Below, piece after piece: positions 1 to 12,294 of a stretch of DNA of 64,000 nt. Numbering within the stretch: position 1 is the first letter of the stretch; each line of letters starts with the position of its first letter. The stretch is from Podarcis liolepis. Lineage: Eukaryota. The translations under genes were made by a program, and so were the position numbers. The stretch lies in the NCBI GenBank assembly GCA_965112155.1, contig OZ218108.1. One strand, given 5' to 3'. The notes beneath the pieces are model-generated. The model was not told the DNA's origin. It made no database searches and was given only the letters and a program-made list of their open reading frames with translations.

Positions 1-460
1 CCAGCAGTCAAAATGCCATTCAGAATGCACTGAAACAGTGCAGTTTTTGCCCACAGAAAGGTTGTTTTATTTCTATTGCTACAGCACTGTAAAGAAATAA
101 AACATGCAGAAACATGAGGCCTGCTATAAAATATAAGTATTCTAACATTATGCAGTCTTTTGCTAGTTATTGTAGAAAAGCGCCAGAGGTTAATTTTATT
201 TTATTCAAAGTTCTTGGATCCAATGATACATGCCCAGTATCTGTCCAGCACATTGTTCACTTAACAAGTATTTCACCACTTTACTATGTACCAAACAAAT
301 TCTGAATACAGTACATGATTTCCTCTATTTCAGCATACAGATAAATCTACAAGTATTTTTAACAGTGAACTCTGATAAAAAAACACTTTCATGGGTAGAA
401 TTGAAAATATTTACATTATAAAAGAATAAAATTGCAAGGGTATAAGCTTTGTTATCATAC

Positions 461-535
461 CTCAAGATTTTTACTCGCTACATTCTTCACTACGGAAGGA
501 AACAATTCAGATGCATTCTTCCCTCTGGCAATCAT
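461..535 (-). CDS. AP3B1: AP-3 complex subunit beta-1, coding exon 3 ([25 protein letters not shown]); gene continues beyond the left edge
   Basis: 75-nt exon bounded by AG (536-537) and GT (459-460) on the minus strand; translation matches recalled vertebrate AP3B1 (human [25 protein letters not shown]). Confidence 0.96.
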
Positions 536-564
536 CTTGGAACAGAAAATAAAACATTTATTAT

Positions 565-620
565 AGTATCATAGAATTGGAAGGGACCCAAGGGTTATCT
601 AGTCCAACCACCTGCAATGC
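565..620 (-). mobile_element. Short CR1 LINE (or CR1-tailed SINE) 3' end fragment
   Basis: Reverse complement of the CR1 terminal motif (ggttggactagat..cccttccaa..ctatgat) also seen at 12101-12150 and 35850-35920. Confidence 0.6.
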
Positions 621-1045
621 ATAAATAATTATATTATAACAATTATATTTCTGCAATGCAGAAAAATTATAGCACATTATTTTCAAATAAAGTTCATGAT
701 TATGCTATTAGGGACTTAAATTAAGTTACTATATTTCACTTCTGAAATTCTTCAGAGCATCTTCATCTTTAAAGCCAGTTAAATGTGTCCTTTAAAATAT
801 TGCAAGCTGTCTACTAGATAGCCACGCAACTATTTTTTTTTTTTTACAATCTGAAAAGTGTATGAAAGATTTACAAAACACAAGCAGTTTTGGTATTTAT
901 TGGGCAAGAAAGTAACAAACACAAAAGGAAGGCAAATCAGAACATTCTTAGCATTTCTATTCAACTGTATTAGTCATTCTCTGCCAGGATATCCTGTGAA
1001 TTTTTGCTCTGATACATACCTAGCTAAATTAAGATAGAAACTGAC

Positions 1046-1128
1046 AGGACAATCCTAAGAATGCTTACTCAGAAAATCCACTGATTTCAGAATTACTTCT
1101 AGGTAAATGTTTACCGGATTGCAGCCTA
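1046..1128. mobile_element. Short (~85 bp) palindromic MITE-like repeat (caatcct...cttact...cttact...ggattgc)
   Basis: Imperfect terminal inverted repeats; diverged relatives at about 31670-31760, 40665-40780, 49245-49325, 53385-53460 and 54085-54170. Confidence 0.5.
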
Positions 1129-2433
1129 ATTTTACCATTTCCAGAATTAATGCTTTCCCCACTAACAGGTCTCAGATAATTTGGCTGAGCAGTTTAATAC
1201 GACAACATATGAAAAAAGTTCCAGGCATATTTATAAACACACACAATTTGTTGTGATGGTATATTTGGAATATCACTAGCTTTAATATATATCATGGAAA
1301 TTCACATGTATCTTGCATTATTTAACTGACCAACCATAATAGCTGCAGTGTACCATGTAAATATGTATTTAGGATCTTTTTAAAGTGTATTTTGTCTCAT
1401 TAAGCCATAATGATCAGTGTAAATCCTCCTTTGTTCATGGCTCATTAACCCAAGAGAACATAATGGGTCTTTCAAAGACCAAGATATCATTTCAGTTTAG
1501 CAGCTTTAAATAGCCTGAATGTTAAAAGCTTTGGTACTGCATATTATATAGAATGAGAGGTTAAGAGTTTGCGATCAGGAAAGTTTCTTTGCTAACCTGT
1601 TGCAGTTCACAACACAGTAAAATTCTGGTTATCGTAACCAGTGCTTTACAAATTACCCTTTTCAACAGCAATGCAACTGCTCAGCCTAGCTGTAATAGTG
1701 CGAGTGTAGAATCTGTGCTGGAGTCTGAAGCTTTAGCTCTGTCATATTATAAATCTGGGTACTATTCTCTCACTAAAACATTAAGCAATCTCTCCATTGG
1801 CTTATTTACATCATAAACTCACAGTTCATTATCTACTTTCAGGGTATGACAGGGTGGACTGATTTAAATCAATGAGATTTCAACCAGATACACACCCTTA
1901 AAAGGGAAAGATTTGAATTATTGGTTTAAATCAAGTTTTCTATTTTGAAACTTATGGTATTTCCTAAAGAAGAACAGAGTAGTTAATCAGCTTTCTGTAC
2001 CACTTAAAGCAATCACAATCCAGAACCAGATTACTATGGCCAGGAGGTCCCATGCACCTGTAAACTGGCAGAAGAAACAAAGTGCCTAGTAGCTAAGCAG
2101 ATTTACATGTCCCAATTACAGAACCAAAATGCTGTTAGTATTGTGGACTTTAAAATGTACTCCATTCCAAGGATATAGGTTGCATTTAATCTTAGTAAAT
2201 ACAAATGGAAGTTCCTCACTGTTGAGGGTGGTACATACTCATGTCATTTATTTCTGGGGCTGGTAGTTCCAAATCATGCCTTACCGTGCTCAAGTCTGTC
2301 AGAGGCAACTTTGGTTTGTGAGAAACTGGGTGTACTAGTGGGCTGCATCATACTTTGATCAGGTAGAATACTACCTACACATTTTTCCGTCTTGGTAAGC
2401 CAATTGGCAAGAGGCTTCTTTGTATCATTTTTT

Positions 2434-2435
<2 letters not shown>

Positions 2436-2468
<33 letters not shown>
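2436..2468. repeat. (AG)n microsatellite
   Basis: About 16 perfect AG units seen directly. Confidence 0.95.
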
Positions 2469-2471
<3 letters not shown>

Positions 2472-2559
2472 ATCCACAGGATCTGCAGGCCCAATTTAAA
2501 ATCCCTCCTCTTTGCCACAGGCTCATTGGGTACATTACTCTGCTGCACTGTCAATCAAA

Positions 2560-2740
2560 GGGTTAGTCAGCTAGCCATGACTCACAGCAGAAATAAAACT
2601 ACAGTCCAGTAGCAATTTAAAGGCTAGCAAATGTCTTACTAGATAAGCATTCATGGATTAGCAAGAATGATGGACTTGAGCCCCCAAAAGGTTATGCCTT
2701 AATAAATGTGTTAGTCTTGAAGGGGCTAGTACAGTTCTTT
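2560..2740. mobile_element. Highly degraded Penelope-like inverted pLTR remnant
   Basis: gtccagtagca..ttaaag..tag and gttagtctt..aggggcta arms resemble the better copy at 20689-20877; the hammerhead core is not recognisable. Confidence 0.4.
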
Positions 2741-3139
2741 TTGCTGCTTTACTCAAATTGCACTGTGGTCTACTTCTTAAGTTTTTTGACAGAACAAAAT
2801 AACATAAAACCCTTTGACAAACTAAAAATGCTATTGTAAAAAGGAGATTGGTGCCCGGGATGTTTCAGTTAAGAACTCCATGTGTAACAGCGCATATGCA
2901 GTATGGGAGCATGGATTGCACCCTGCCAGCACTACCCACACAGGCAATCCTGTCACAGCAAATAGCCGCATATTGGATTTGTGGACAACCTGCATGAAAC
3001 TTTCATTGTTTGTAGCCCTGAATATCTTGGTTACATGCGAGAGGCTTTTCTCTTTAAGGTTTTTTCATGATTTCAAATCTCTCTCTCTCTCCCCACCCCC
3101 TTGTTCAAAATTAGGGGTAGGCAGGCAGGGCAGTCTTTT

Positions 3140-3350
3140 TATTATTGTTGGTGTTTAACAGCATTATGTTTAGATCTGTCTTTCCTCCAAAGATCTCAAG
3201 GTGGTATTCATGGATCTTCTTTTCTCCATGTTATCCCCGCAATAGCCTTGAGGGTAGGTTAGACTGGCTGGCCCAAGGTCACACAGTGCATTTCATGAAT
3301 GAGTTTTACCTTTGTCTCCCAGATGCTAGTCCACTTAATATCCCATCATT
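3140..3350 (-). mobile_element. Degraded CORE-type tRNA SINE (Squam3/MIR-like)
   Basis: Shares gactggc(tggc)ccaaggtcac.cag and the tail region with the younger copy at 34503-34742. Confidence 0.5.
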
Positions 3351-4427
3351 TTATTCCACATTCTTAAAAAATGGTGTAGAAGTGAATAAGCAAAGAGGGA
3401 AACAATCTTTTCCCAGAGGTCTGGAAGTTTATGGGGGCCCTTGTTAACAGTCCAGTGGTACTTCTGAGTAATGTACAGTTATTGTGACATGAACCCACAC
3501 TACGACGGGGGAACCCCTACAATGATTAGCACTTAACTAAACTGAAAAGTGTTTTACCTAGTTTCAGAAGGGATTCCTAGTCATAGTTGTGTATTTTTCT
3601 GCCTCCACATCAGTGTTAGAATTCTATCAGTTATATTTTATCTTTACAATCAGAATGAATTTCAAGAACCAAAATGCTTTTTCTGTGCAGCCTCAGCAGG
3701 AGCAGTCACCATAAAAAAAGAAGAGGTAGGAATAGGCCAATATATATGTGGATTTCTCTGGATCAAATAACTTTTCTTCTTTAATTTCTCAAAGTTCTTA
3801 ACCTAACTCAAGGTTGACATCTGAACTAGCCAGGTGTTTAACTGATTATCAATCGCAGTCAGTCCATCACATAAAAAAGAGACTTTAGAGCTGTCTTACC
3901 CAAAAACGACAACTAGATATTCTGTTTTGGTGACTGTAAACTTGGTTTAAGGAGCCATTTGGCACCTAGCATATATGAGTTTCGAACACTGTTCCATGTG
4001 TTTTGATTCTCTCCCTATCCTCTTCTTCCATAGAGAAACAGTGAGCACTTGATCCCAGGGTCCCCTCAGCTAGGTCCACCTGCCATAGAATACTTTGAAC
4101 TTCTGAGAGGAGTTTGATATAGCAGAAGGGGTGGTGGAAGAGGTGGTGGTAACGTTTTGTTGCACATCACCTTGGATATACTCAAGTAGCTTTTAGATTC
4201 CAGATTGTGAACTAGATCCATGCTAGCCTGTCCTTAGTAACCAGAAAAGTGGGGGAGGGGAGAGATTTCAAATAACCACTGAAATGGAAACATTCAAACT
4301 TATTATGTCCATATCCAAGGTGCTGAAGCTACAAGCGTCTAGCTCTCAAAATAATATAGTCTGTTGTGTGTATATATGCTATTACTAAGGTGCACAAAAC
4401 ACATGTTCATTGTTTTCCTGAATAAAA

Positions 4428-4788
4428 GGTAAAGGTACCCCTGCCCGTACGGGCCAGTCGTGACCGACTCTAGGGTTGCGCGCTCATCTCGCTCAAGAGG
4501 CCGGGAGCCGTCGCCGTCCGAAGACACTTCCGGGTCACGTGGCCAGCGTGACGAAGCTGCAACTGGCGAGCCAGCACCAGGGCTGCACACGGAAATGCCG
4601 TTTACCTTCCCGCTATAAAGCGGTACCTATTTATCTACTTGCACTTAGGGGTGCTTTCGAACTGCTAGGTGGACAGGAGCTGGGACCGAATGACGGGAGC
4701 TCACCCTGCCACGGGGATTCAAACTGCCGACCTTACGATCAGCAAGTCCTAGGCACTGAGGTTTTACCCACAGCGCCACTCGCGTCCC
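4428..4788 (-). mobile_element. Full-length Sauria SINE (Squam1)
   Basis: Reverse complement begins gggacgcg.gtggcgctgtgggt and ends in an (acctt)n-type tail; 14-bp TSD tttcctgaataaaa at 4414-4427 and 4789-4802. Confidence 0.9.
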
Positions 4789-4984
4789 TTTCCTGAATAA
4801 ATTAATGCTAATAAGGACAAAAAATACATAGTAAAGCCAATAGCTTTTTTTTTAAAAAAAAACTAGCTTCAGACTAACTCTGAGAAACTTAAATTTGTGT
4901 GTGCGTGCACATGTGTATTCAATGCATGAAGAAATACAACTTTCAGAGCTGCCAACATTATATGCACATTAAAATCTAACATAC

Positions 4985-5060
4985 CCCAACAATCCTTTTC
5001 ATAGCATCCAGCTTAGCAGAATCTTTGCTGCTTTCCAACATTTGCTTCAAATCTTCATTT
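4985..5060 (-). CDS. AP3B1: AP3B1 coding exon 2 (K|NEDLKQMLESSKDSAKLDAMKRIVG)
   Basis: 76-nt exon, AG at 5061-5062 and GT at 4983-4984; phase 2 in and phase 0 out, fitting exons 1 and 3; near-identical to recalled human sequence. Confidence 0.96.
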
Positions 5061-6679
5061 CTATAAAAGGAAGAGAAATAATGAGTTGTCATTTGTATCA
5101 CAACCTACTAATGAGGATACCAAAAAGTGTTCCAACATGCCCCAGAACTTCAAATTTTGCAACAATGCTGCTAATTGTTTTTTAAAGAGGGAGGATGCTG
5201 GAAATTAAAATGTTGCATAAATATATCCATCAGGGTGGGGAGGGGACTGAGAAGGCATAAATAAAAATAACGTGTTCTGAAGGCTGAGGATAATCAATTT
5301 AAGTAGCAGTATGGGAGGAACATTTTGTTTGGGGTGTCAAGCTATTGGAATCATTTCATAGAAAATCTCATACTAACAATCAAACACTTTATGAATTGTA
5401 ATTGCTACTGATTTTACCAAATGTGGCAATGAAAGTCTGGCTTTAAAATACACACAAGAATATATACTGGTGGTGGAGACCTAACTCCAAGTCAGCACGT
5501 TTCAAGACATGGACTGGCTTAATTTTTACAATGTTTCCAAAGAAAATGCGAAAGAAAGAACAATGAATTGTCTCAATGTGGCAACTCTGGGTAATTTTCT
5601 TCTTCTTCATCTAGGTACACACTGGGATATCTGAAATTCATAAGAAATAGTATGTGGGAAGCCTTCTCTCTTTTTAGTAACATAAAATAAGTTGAAAATA
5701 CCCTTTAATGCGAGTCTATGTAACATTTAGACAATCATTGTTGCACTCACACATTAACAGAAAAAAGAGATACTACTGGGGAGGGAAGAAGGTGACAGGA
5801 AGAGGTTTTTTAAAACTGGCAATCCCTTCTTCACTGAGGAAACAATGCCATGTCCCTCTATGGGCATATAGTAGTACATTTATTTAGGCCGGAATCCAAA
5901 GACTTAGTTTAGGCTGAAATCTTATACACTTTCTGGCCTGAGTAGATGTGTACATAATTCTTCTCTTAGAGACAAAACACTTGCATGAGTTTGTTTAAAA
6001 ACAAAACAAAACTTCCCTCATCCCCTAATTTCCTTAACATTCTGTGAAGTGTCTCACTTTTAAATGAAGTTTACCATGTGGGACTGCTATATGAAAAGCT
6101 CAAATATATTTCCTGCAACTTGTTCAAGGTGTCAGATCTTTTAGGATTCTGGCTACTCTGTTTAGAAAGTATTCCAGGTACAGTTAGCCCACTGTAAGAT
6201 TAGATGAACAAATGCTACACACACTTAGGAGGCCAGTTTGCTATTACAGTTATGATTGAGCTGATTTCGCCTCTGCGTATCATCATCAATGAGATAAGTA
6301 CGAAAAATGCAGGAATTATCACTTCATTAAAAATTGTGGCATTTTCTATGTTATCCTTAAAAAGCATTTTAAAAAATTCTGTAAGAGATTTAGAACAACA
6401 GAACATGAATTGCTACTTCAAACAAACTCTCGCCTAAAAATAAAGGAATTAATTTAGCTTGTACTAAACAGCACTTCAGTGCTGATCTAAGCCTCTTGGC
6501 GACATGCTCAATTAAATAAGAAGGAGTTATTTTTTAGTGCACAATAACAATACATTGTTACGGCTCAGATAGTTAAAATATAACATTCACAGTATAATAT
6601 TGATTATTAGTCATTCTGCACTGTATGAAAAGTAGATCACAAAAGACAGGTGAGCAACAGCAAGTTTACCAATACTTAC

Positions 6680-6816
6680 AAAACAAGGTTTTCCTCACAT
6701 GGCTCAAAAGTACTAGTAATCCCACTCTCTTCTATACTAGGATCTGGTTTTAAGGTAACTTCTAGGGACGCTGCTTTTTCAAGAATAAATCTAATATTGC
6801 AACTAGAACTACTCAT
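6680..6816 (-). CDS. Candidate alternative first coding exon of AP3B1 (MSSSSCNIRFILEKAASLEVTLKPDPSIEESGITSTFEPCEENLV)
   Basis: aaaATGa start, 137-nt open frame, GTAAGT donor at 6679-6674 in phase 2, which joins exon 2 in frame; same length and phase as canonical exon 1. No transcript evidence available. Confidence 0.45.
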
Positions 6817-7321
6817 TTTAGCAAACGAAGAGTCTTGCTCCACTTCTTCTAACTCAGGAAAAAGAATTAAGTGCACTGGTAACCAGACCTTATCAGGATC
6901 AAGATTGCAGTGTGGTTTGAAAAAACCTATGAGGTAACAGGATACCCACTCCCTTCACTTGAAGAAAATGCCTACTGTATAAAAGGTCATTTCCTTTTAC
7001 AGAAATACATCTTACCAGCCAACTTCAACAAACAATCTTATTATATTGCCTGCTTGCTTTAGCTTAACAAGAATTATGGAACATACCAGGAATTTTATAT
7101 AGCTGTAAAAATGAAATCACATGCAACAGATCCCTCATAATGTCTATGCTGAATTCTAAAAATCAATGCAAAATTATATGATTTTGGCCTTGTTTCCGAA
7201 GCCTCTTTATAAATATTACCTTTCTGACAAAGGGCCAAACTAAACGAAAATTAGATTTCAGGTTCTCTTCATAGTTGAAGACCTAATTTACACTGGATTG
7301 GAAGCCAACATCCTTCTAGAC

Positions 7322-7574
7322 CATGGGTAGGCAAACTAAGGCCCAGGGGCAGGATGTGGGCCAATTGCCTTCTAAATCTGGCCCGCGTACAGCCCAGGAA
7401 TCAGCGTGTTTTTACATGAGTAGAATGTGTCCTTTTATTTAAAACACATCTCTGGGTTATTCGTGGGGCATAGGAATTTGTTCATTCCCCCCCCAAAAAA
7501 AATATAGTCTGGCCCCCCACAAGGTCTGAGGGACAGTGGACTTGCCCTCTGCTGAAAAAGTTTGCTGACCCCTG
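7322..7574 (+). mobile_element. ~250-bp hAT-type MITE (family A)
   Basis: Ends catgggtaggcaaac / tttgctgacccctg; perfect 8-bp TSD ttctagac (7314-7321, 7575-7582); sister copies at 14258, 30470 and 51196. Confidence 0.88.
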
Positions 7575-7591
7575 TTCTAGACCGTCTAGAG

Positions 7592-7685
7592 CAGCCTTTC
7601 TCAACCTGTGGGTCCCCAGATGTTGTTGAACTACAACTCCCATCACCCCTAGCTAGCAAGGCCAGAGCCTAGCTAGCAAGGCCAA
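7592..7685. mobile_element. Half of a palindromic hAT MITE (family B-like), ending in a local duplication
   Basis: cagcctttctcaacc..cagatgttgttgaactacaactcccatca matches one arm of family B; cctagctagcaaggcca is repeated twice at the break. Confidence 0.65.
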
Positions 7686-8149
7686 GTCAGCACAGAAACA
7701 ATTAATTTCAATGAACATTGAACTATTTTCTAAATGTTAGGCATGTCAAAAGAATGTCACAACCAGCACAGGGACTCTTCACTAACAGACCTGGAGAATC
7801 ACAGTGTTATTTACATCTTTTACACTTACTGCACTAAAAATATTTCCCCACACCCCAAATAAGGTCTGACATTTTATTTATGCAATAAAAATAGCATTCT
7901 GCCAAAGTATTGATAGCTTGCAGCAATGCTACACAGATTAAACAAAGCAAGATTCTAAACTTCTAAAATATAATTAATGCCATCCCTCACCCTTGGGATA
8001 TGCCCCAGTGTGTACATTTTCAAAACATATTCACAATGTGTATAAAATATTTCAAGCTTCAAAGCACACTTTCTGCCATCACTTTATACCACAGCTGTTT
8101 GAGTGACATCTTGTGGCATGATTCCGACATTACCATATTCAGCACTAAC

Positions 8150-8880
8150 AAATTCATTTTATTTATATATTTTATTGGCTTTTTATCCCACCTTTCTAAA
8201 ATATACAGAGGGCAACCTATAAATGTTAGAATAGTAAAACAGAGCCCTAAGAACAAAACCAGCCGCAGTAACCATTGTAAGCTGCTGCTCATCCTTAAAC
8301 ATTCTAAACATCCTTCAGAAATACAAATTTAGAGAGACATGCCTTTTTAGGGAGGCCTTCAGAATTCTTGGTGCCACAGCGGATGAGGCCCCATCTATGA
8401 TACCCACTTGCCACCTGTGATGAACCAGAGATACCTGGAGAAAGGCCTCTAAAATGCAACAGAGCTCCTGGAGAAGGAGAGTAACTCTGGTTCCACATTA
8501 TATAAGACTTTAAAAATAAAAAAACATTGCTTCAAATTGGACCTGGAAGCAAATTTTAGCAAGAGAAACAGATAAAAGTTTTTTGTGAGATAAGATGTGC
8601 CATGTAGGCAACCATATTCTGAATCAACTGAATTTTCCAAATTGGTACCAAGGGCAGCCCATTATATAAAACATATTATAGTAATTTAACCCTGAAGTGA
8701 CTAGAGATCTGGCTGTCCCAGGAAAAGATACAGCCAGTATATAAGACACAGCTGGAAAAAGGCATTCTTGGCCACTAGCACCACCTGGGCATCAATCTCA
8801 GGAACTGCTGCAGCCTTATCCAACATAGGATGCCCACTCCAAGATTACCAGAACCCCTAAGAAACAGTACTTCCAATTTG
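8150..8880 (-). mobile_element. Degraded L2-like LINE 3' portion
   Basis: (ttta)n-like tail near 8150-8180 and a decayed RT C-terminal region resembling the copies at 45640 and 60838. Confidence 0.45.
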
Positions 8881-8928
8881 TCTGGATTCAGCTTTTTAAA
8901 AGATGCTTTATTTGGACAACTACCTCTT

Positions 8929-9969
8929 CATAGATCACTGCCTTGTGGTGGCGAAGAACTTGAATAACTCAGAGAAGCTATGAGCTATGCCGTGCAGGGT
9001 CACCCAAGATGGACAGGTCATAGTGGAGAGTTTTGACCAAACGTGATCCACCTGGACCAGGAACCGGCAAGCCACTCAAGTATCCCTGCCAAGAAAACTC
9101 CATGGACAAAGTCAATAGGAAGATGAGCCCCTCAGGTCAGAAGGCGTCCAACATGCTACTGAGGAAGAGCGGAGGACAAGTACAATGAGATTCAGAGCTG
9201 ATGAAGTGGCTGGACCAAAGCCGAAAGGTCGCTCAGTTGCGGATATGCCTGGAAGCAAAAGGAAAGTCCAATGCTGTAAAGAAAAATATTGCATAGGAAC
9301 CTGGAATGTAAGAACCATGAACCTTGGTAAGCTCGATGTGGTCAAAAATGAGATGGCAAGAATAAATATTGACATCCTGGGCATCAGTGAACTAAAATGG
9401 ACGGGAATGGGCGAATTCAGTTCGGATTAGCATCATATCTACTACTGTGGGCAAGAATCCCGTAAAAAAATTGGAGTGGCTCTCATAGTCAACAAAAAAG
9501 TGGCGAAAGCAGTATTGGGATGCAATCTCAAAAACGATAGAATGATCTCAATACGAGTCCAAGGCAGACCTTTTAACATCACAGTAATCCAAGTTTATGC
9601 ACCAACTACTGGTGCTGAATAAAGTGAAACTGACCAATTCTATGAAGACTTACAACACCTTCTAGAAATGACACCAAAGAAGGATGTTCTTCTCATTATA
9701 GGGGATTGGAATGCTAAAGTAGAGAGTCAAGAGATAAAGCTGAGACTCCAATACTTTGGCCACCTCATGAGAAGAGAAGACTCCGTGGAAAAGACCCTGA
9801 TGTTGGGAAAGATTGAGGGCACAAGGAGAAGGGGACGACAGAGGACGAGATGGTTGGACAGTGTTCTCGAAGCTACGAACATGAGTTTGACCAAACTACG
9901 GGAGGCAGTGGAAGACAGGAGTGCCTGGCGTGCTCTGGTCCATGGGGTCACAAAGAGTCGGACTAAACA
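8929..9969 (+). mobile_element. RTE-BovB LINE, internally deleted (5' end and APE endonuclease fused to the extreme 3' end)
   Basis: IGTWNVRTMN, DILGISELKW and IIGDWNAKV endonuclease motifs, then immediately LRLQYFGHLMRREDS..GTRRRGRQRTRWLD and a caa tail; 13-bp TSD acaac(t/c)acctctt at 8916-8928 and 9970-9982; in-frame stops present. Confidence 0.9.
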
Positions 9970-12100
9970 ACAACCACCTCTTGGTAAAAATAAAAGATTT
10001 CTTTAGATGCAATACTTGAAAAAGAATGAAAAGCCAGTCAAAAAATGCTGTCATAGAATGAGGAATCCTCTGAAATAGCATATTGGTGTGAGGCAATGCA
10101 AGGGAAAGAAGGGGGCGAGATTCCTATTCCCGCCCTGATGTTTGCTGAATCAAAGTCATTTCTATTAATGGAAGGGCATGTCTGAATCTATCCCATTTTA
10201 CTTAACTGCAGAATCAGGATTAACCTCAGCGGGGAGGGAACATAGCAAACAAAAAGTAGAGAAGACATACAAAGATAAAACAGTATTTTGTTGATTAAGA
10301 TAGAAAAACTAAAAGTAGTAACTTGCAAACCAGGTCCATCAATTCAAGTTATACTTTTTTTTATACAGAAAATGTATTTTTATGGATTCGCTTCTTGTAC
10401 AGGGGTGGGGGGGTGGGGAGGACCAACATACTATACCTTACAATTACAGGTGAGATATTAGTATCCCAGATATTCTTCATCACTAAGAGGAAAAGTTATT
10501 ATAATCTATTATAAAATATTATTGGCAATCACTCAACCAATTAACAGGTTGGCAGCTAATCATAGGTATCCAACAACACTTGCATATAACAGCATGTAAA
10601 AAAATGTGTGTGTGTTATGTTTACTCTGGAAATCTGTGCTTGAAGAGGAAAACACAGTTCCAAAACACGCAAATATTTTTTACACAAATAGTTGGTCGAA
10701 GAAACAGAAATCATTGTTTCTAGAGAGTAATAAAGGTGCTAGAACTCAAAGCAGATCTGTTTAACTACCAGATTTAGGCCTGCACAATGGAACACCATCC
10801 TATCCTCCTTTCCCCCCACCCCCAAAATCTGCTCTGGAGGCTCCATCCTGCCCACTCCTTCTAGTGTTTTAAGAAGGGGGTCAGCTTCTTCCAACAGCCC
10901 CTTTTCAAAGGGTTTTATGAGAGCCCACCACTTTCCCATCATAGCCCTCATAGGCTCAAACAGAAGGGGGTCATCTTAAAGGAAAGAGGGTTGTCTTAAA
11001 GTTTTTATAAGTCTCTCCATGGTCCTCTTTTAAATCTTCAATATCAGGAGTTTAAAATAGGAGGGGACATCATATGATTGACGGGAGGCAGTCCCACAAT
11101 GCCAGCACAGCCAAAAAGGTTCACCACCCCTCCTCTAAAAAAACACTTAAGTACTACAGTATCCAAGACTTGTTTGATAAGTAACTGTTACTGCCCTTCA
11201 ACACCTCTTCTGCCTTTCCCATCCAGAAAAGGAGCTTCCATCTCTTGCTGGTTAGTTGCTTGTCCCCTCTGCCCTCAGCAGCAAATGAGTGCTGCTAATA
11301 CAAGGGTATATGGGGGGAGGAGGCAGGTGGACACTTGAAACCCATCAATATGTTTTGAGGCCCCATCTTTTGATTGGCGGGCCGGCAGTGACGTAGAATG
11401 GAAGGCTTGGCTTAGCGGTAGTGCCCCTTTGAGAGAAGGGGCAATGGTGACAGGAGGCAGAGCAGAACTGCTGGGCCATGCGGAGGCTGTGACACAGCAC
11501 AGGCCCAGCGGAGACATGGTGTGCAGCCAGCTGATGGGACTTGGCAACACCTCTCTGCCCAGAGCTCCTTGGGGTGGGCGGGCTGCCCTTGGCCATGGAG
11601 GCTCTGTTGCTGGCTACCATGTTTGACAACTGAATAAGGGGTGGCTGCTGAGCAGTGGGTGGCTGCCTGCAAGGAATTGAAGGGGGTCAGGTTAGTTGAC
11701 TCTCAGAGACCTCCTTCTAACTCTACAAATCCCTCTCTTCAGTTAACCACTGACCTAAAGGACTGTGATGTTCCTGTATCGTAAGCAACATCACTTGCAG
11801 GTTTGCACCACAGATTTTTCTAAGATAAACAGGTGGTATGAGCCTATGCACATTGTACTCCATGACTGATATCCAGTGATACCCACCCACTTATGCCATG
11901 GACATCAGCTTGCAATGGGTCTTCTGGTTTATATTCTGCCCCTCTAGCACCCTGCGCTTCCCTAAAATATGCTCTGGAGGGTCCCCATATCCCCTGAAGC
12001 AATTTTGTGTATGGAAGAAGAAAGGAAGGGAAAACCTCACTGAATGAGCAGGTGCCTACTCACATGATGTTGGAATGTCAGTGCATACATATTGACCTAT

Positions 12101-12150
12101 GCACTGCAGGGGGTTGGTCCCTTCCAACTCTACAGTTCTATGATTCTATT
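12101..12150 (+). mobile_element. CR1 3' tail fragment
   Basis: gtcccttccaactctacagttctatgattctat is the typical CR1 terminal repeat. Confidence 0.65.
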
Positions 12151-12158
12151 ATCTAATC

Positions 12159-12294
12159 CAGACTTTCTCAAACTCAGCCCTCCAGATGTTTTTGGCCTAC
12201 AACTCCCATGATCCCTAGCTAGCAAGACCAGTGGTCAGGGATGATGGGAATTGTAGTCTCAAAACATCTGGAGGGCCGAGTTTGAGGAAGCCTG
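12159..12294. mobile_element. ~135-bp palindromic hAT MITE (family B)
   Basis: Long imperfect inverted arms (ccctccagatgtttt..tacaa..cccat / atggga..ttgta..aaaacatctggaggg); perfect 8-bp TSD atctaatc. Confidence 0.88.

Noticed and set aside
6204-6437. Overlapping antisense ORFs (77 aa and 63 aa, one hydrophobic) as micropeptides
   Set aside because: No supporting splice or promoter context or recognisable homology; lengths are within chance expectation.
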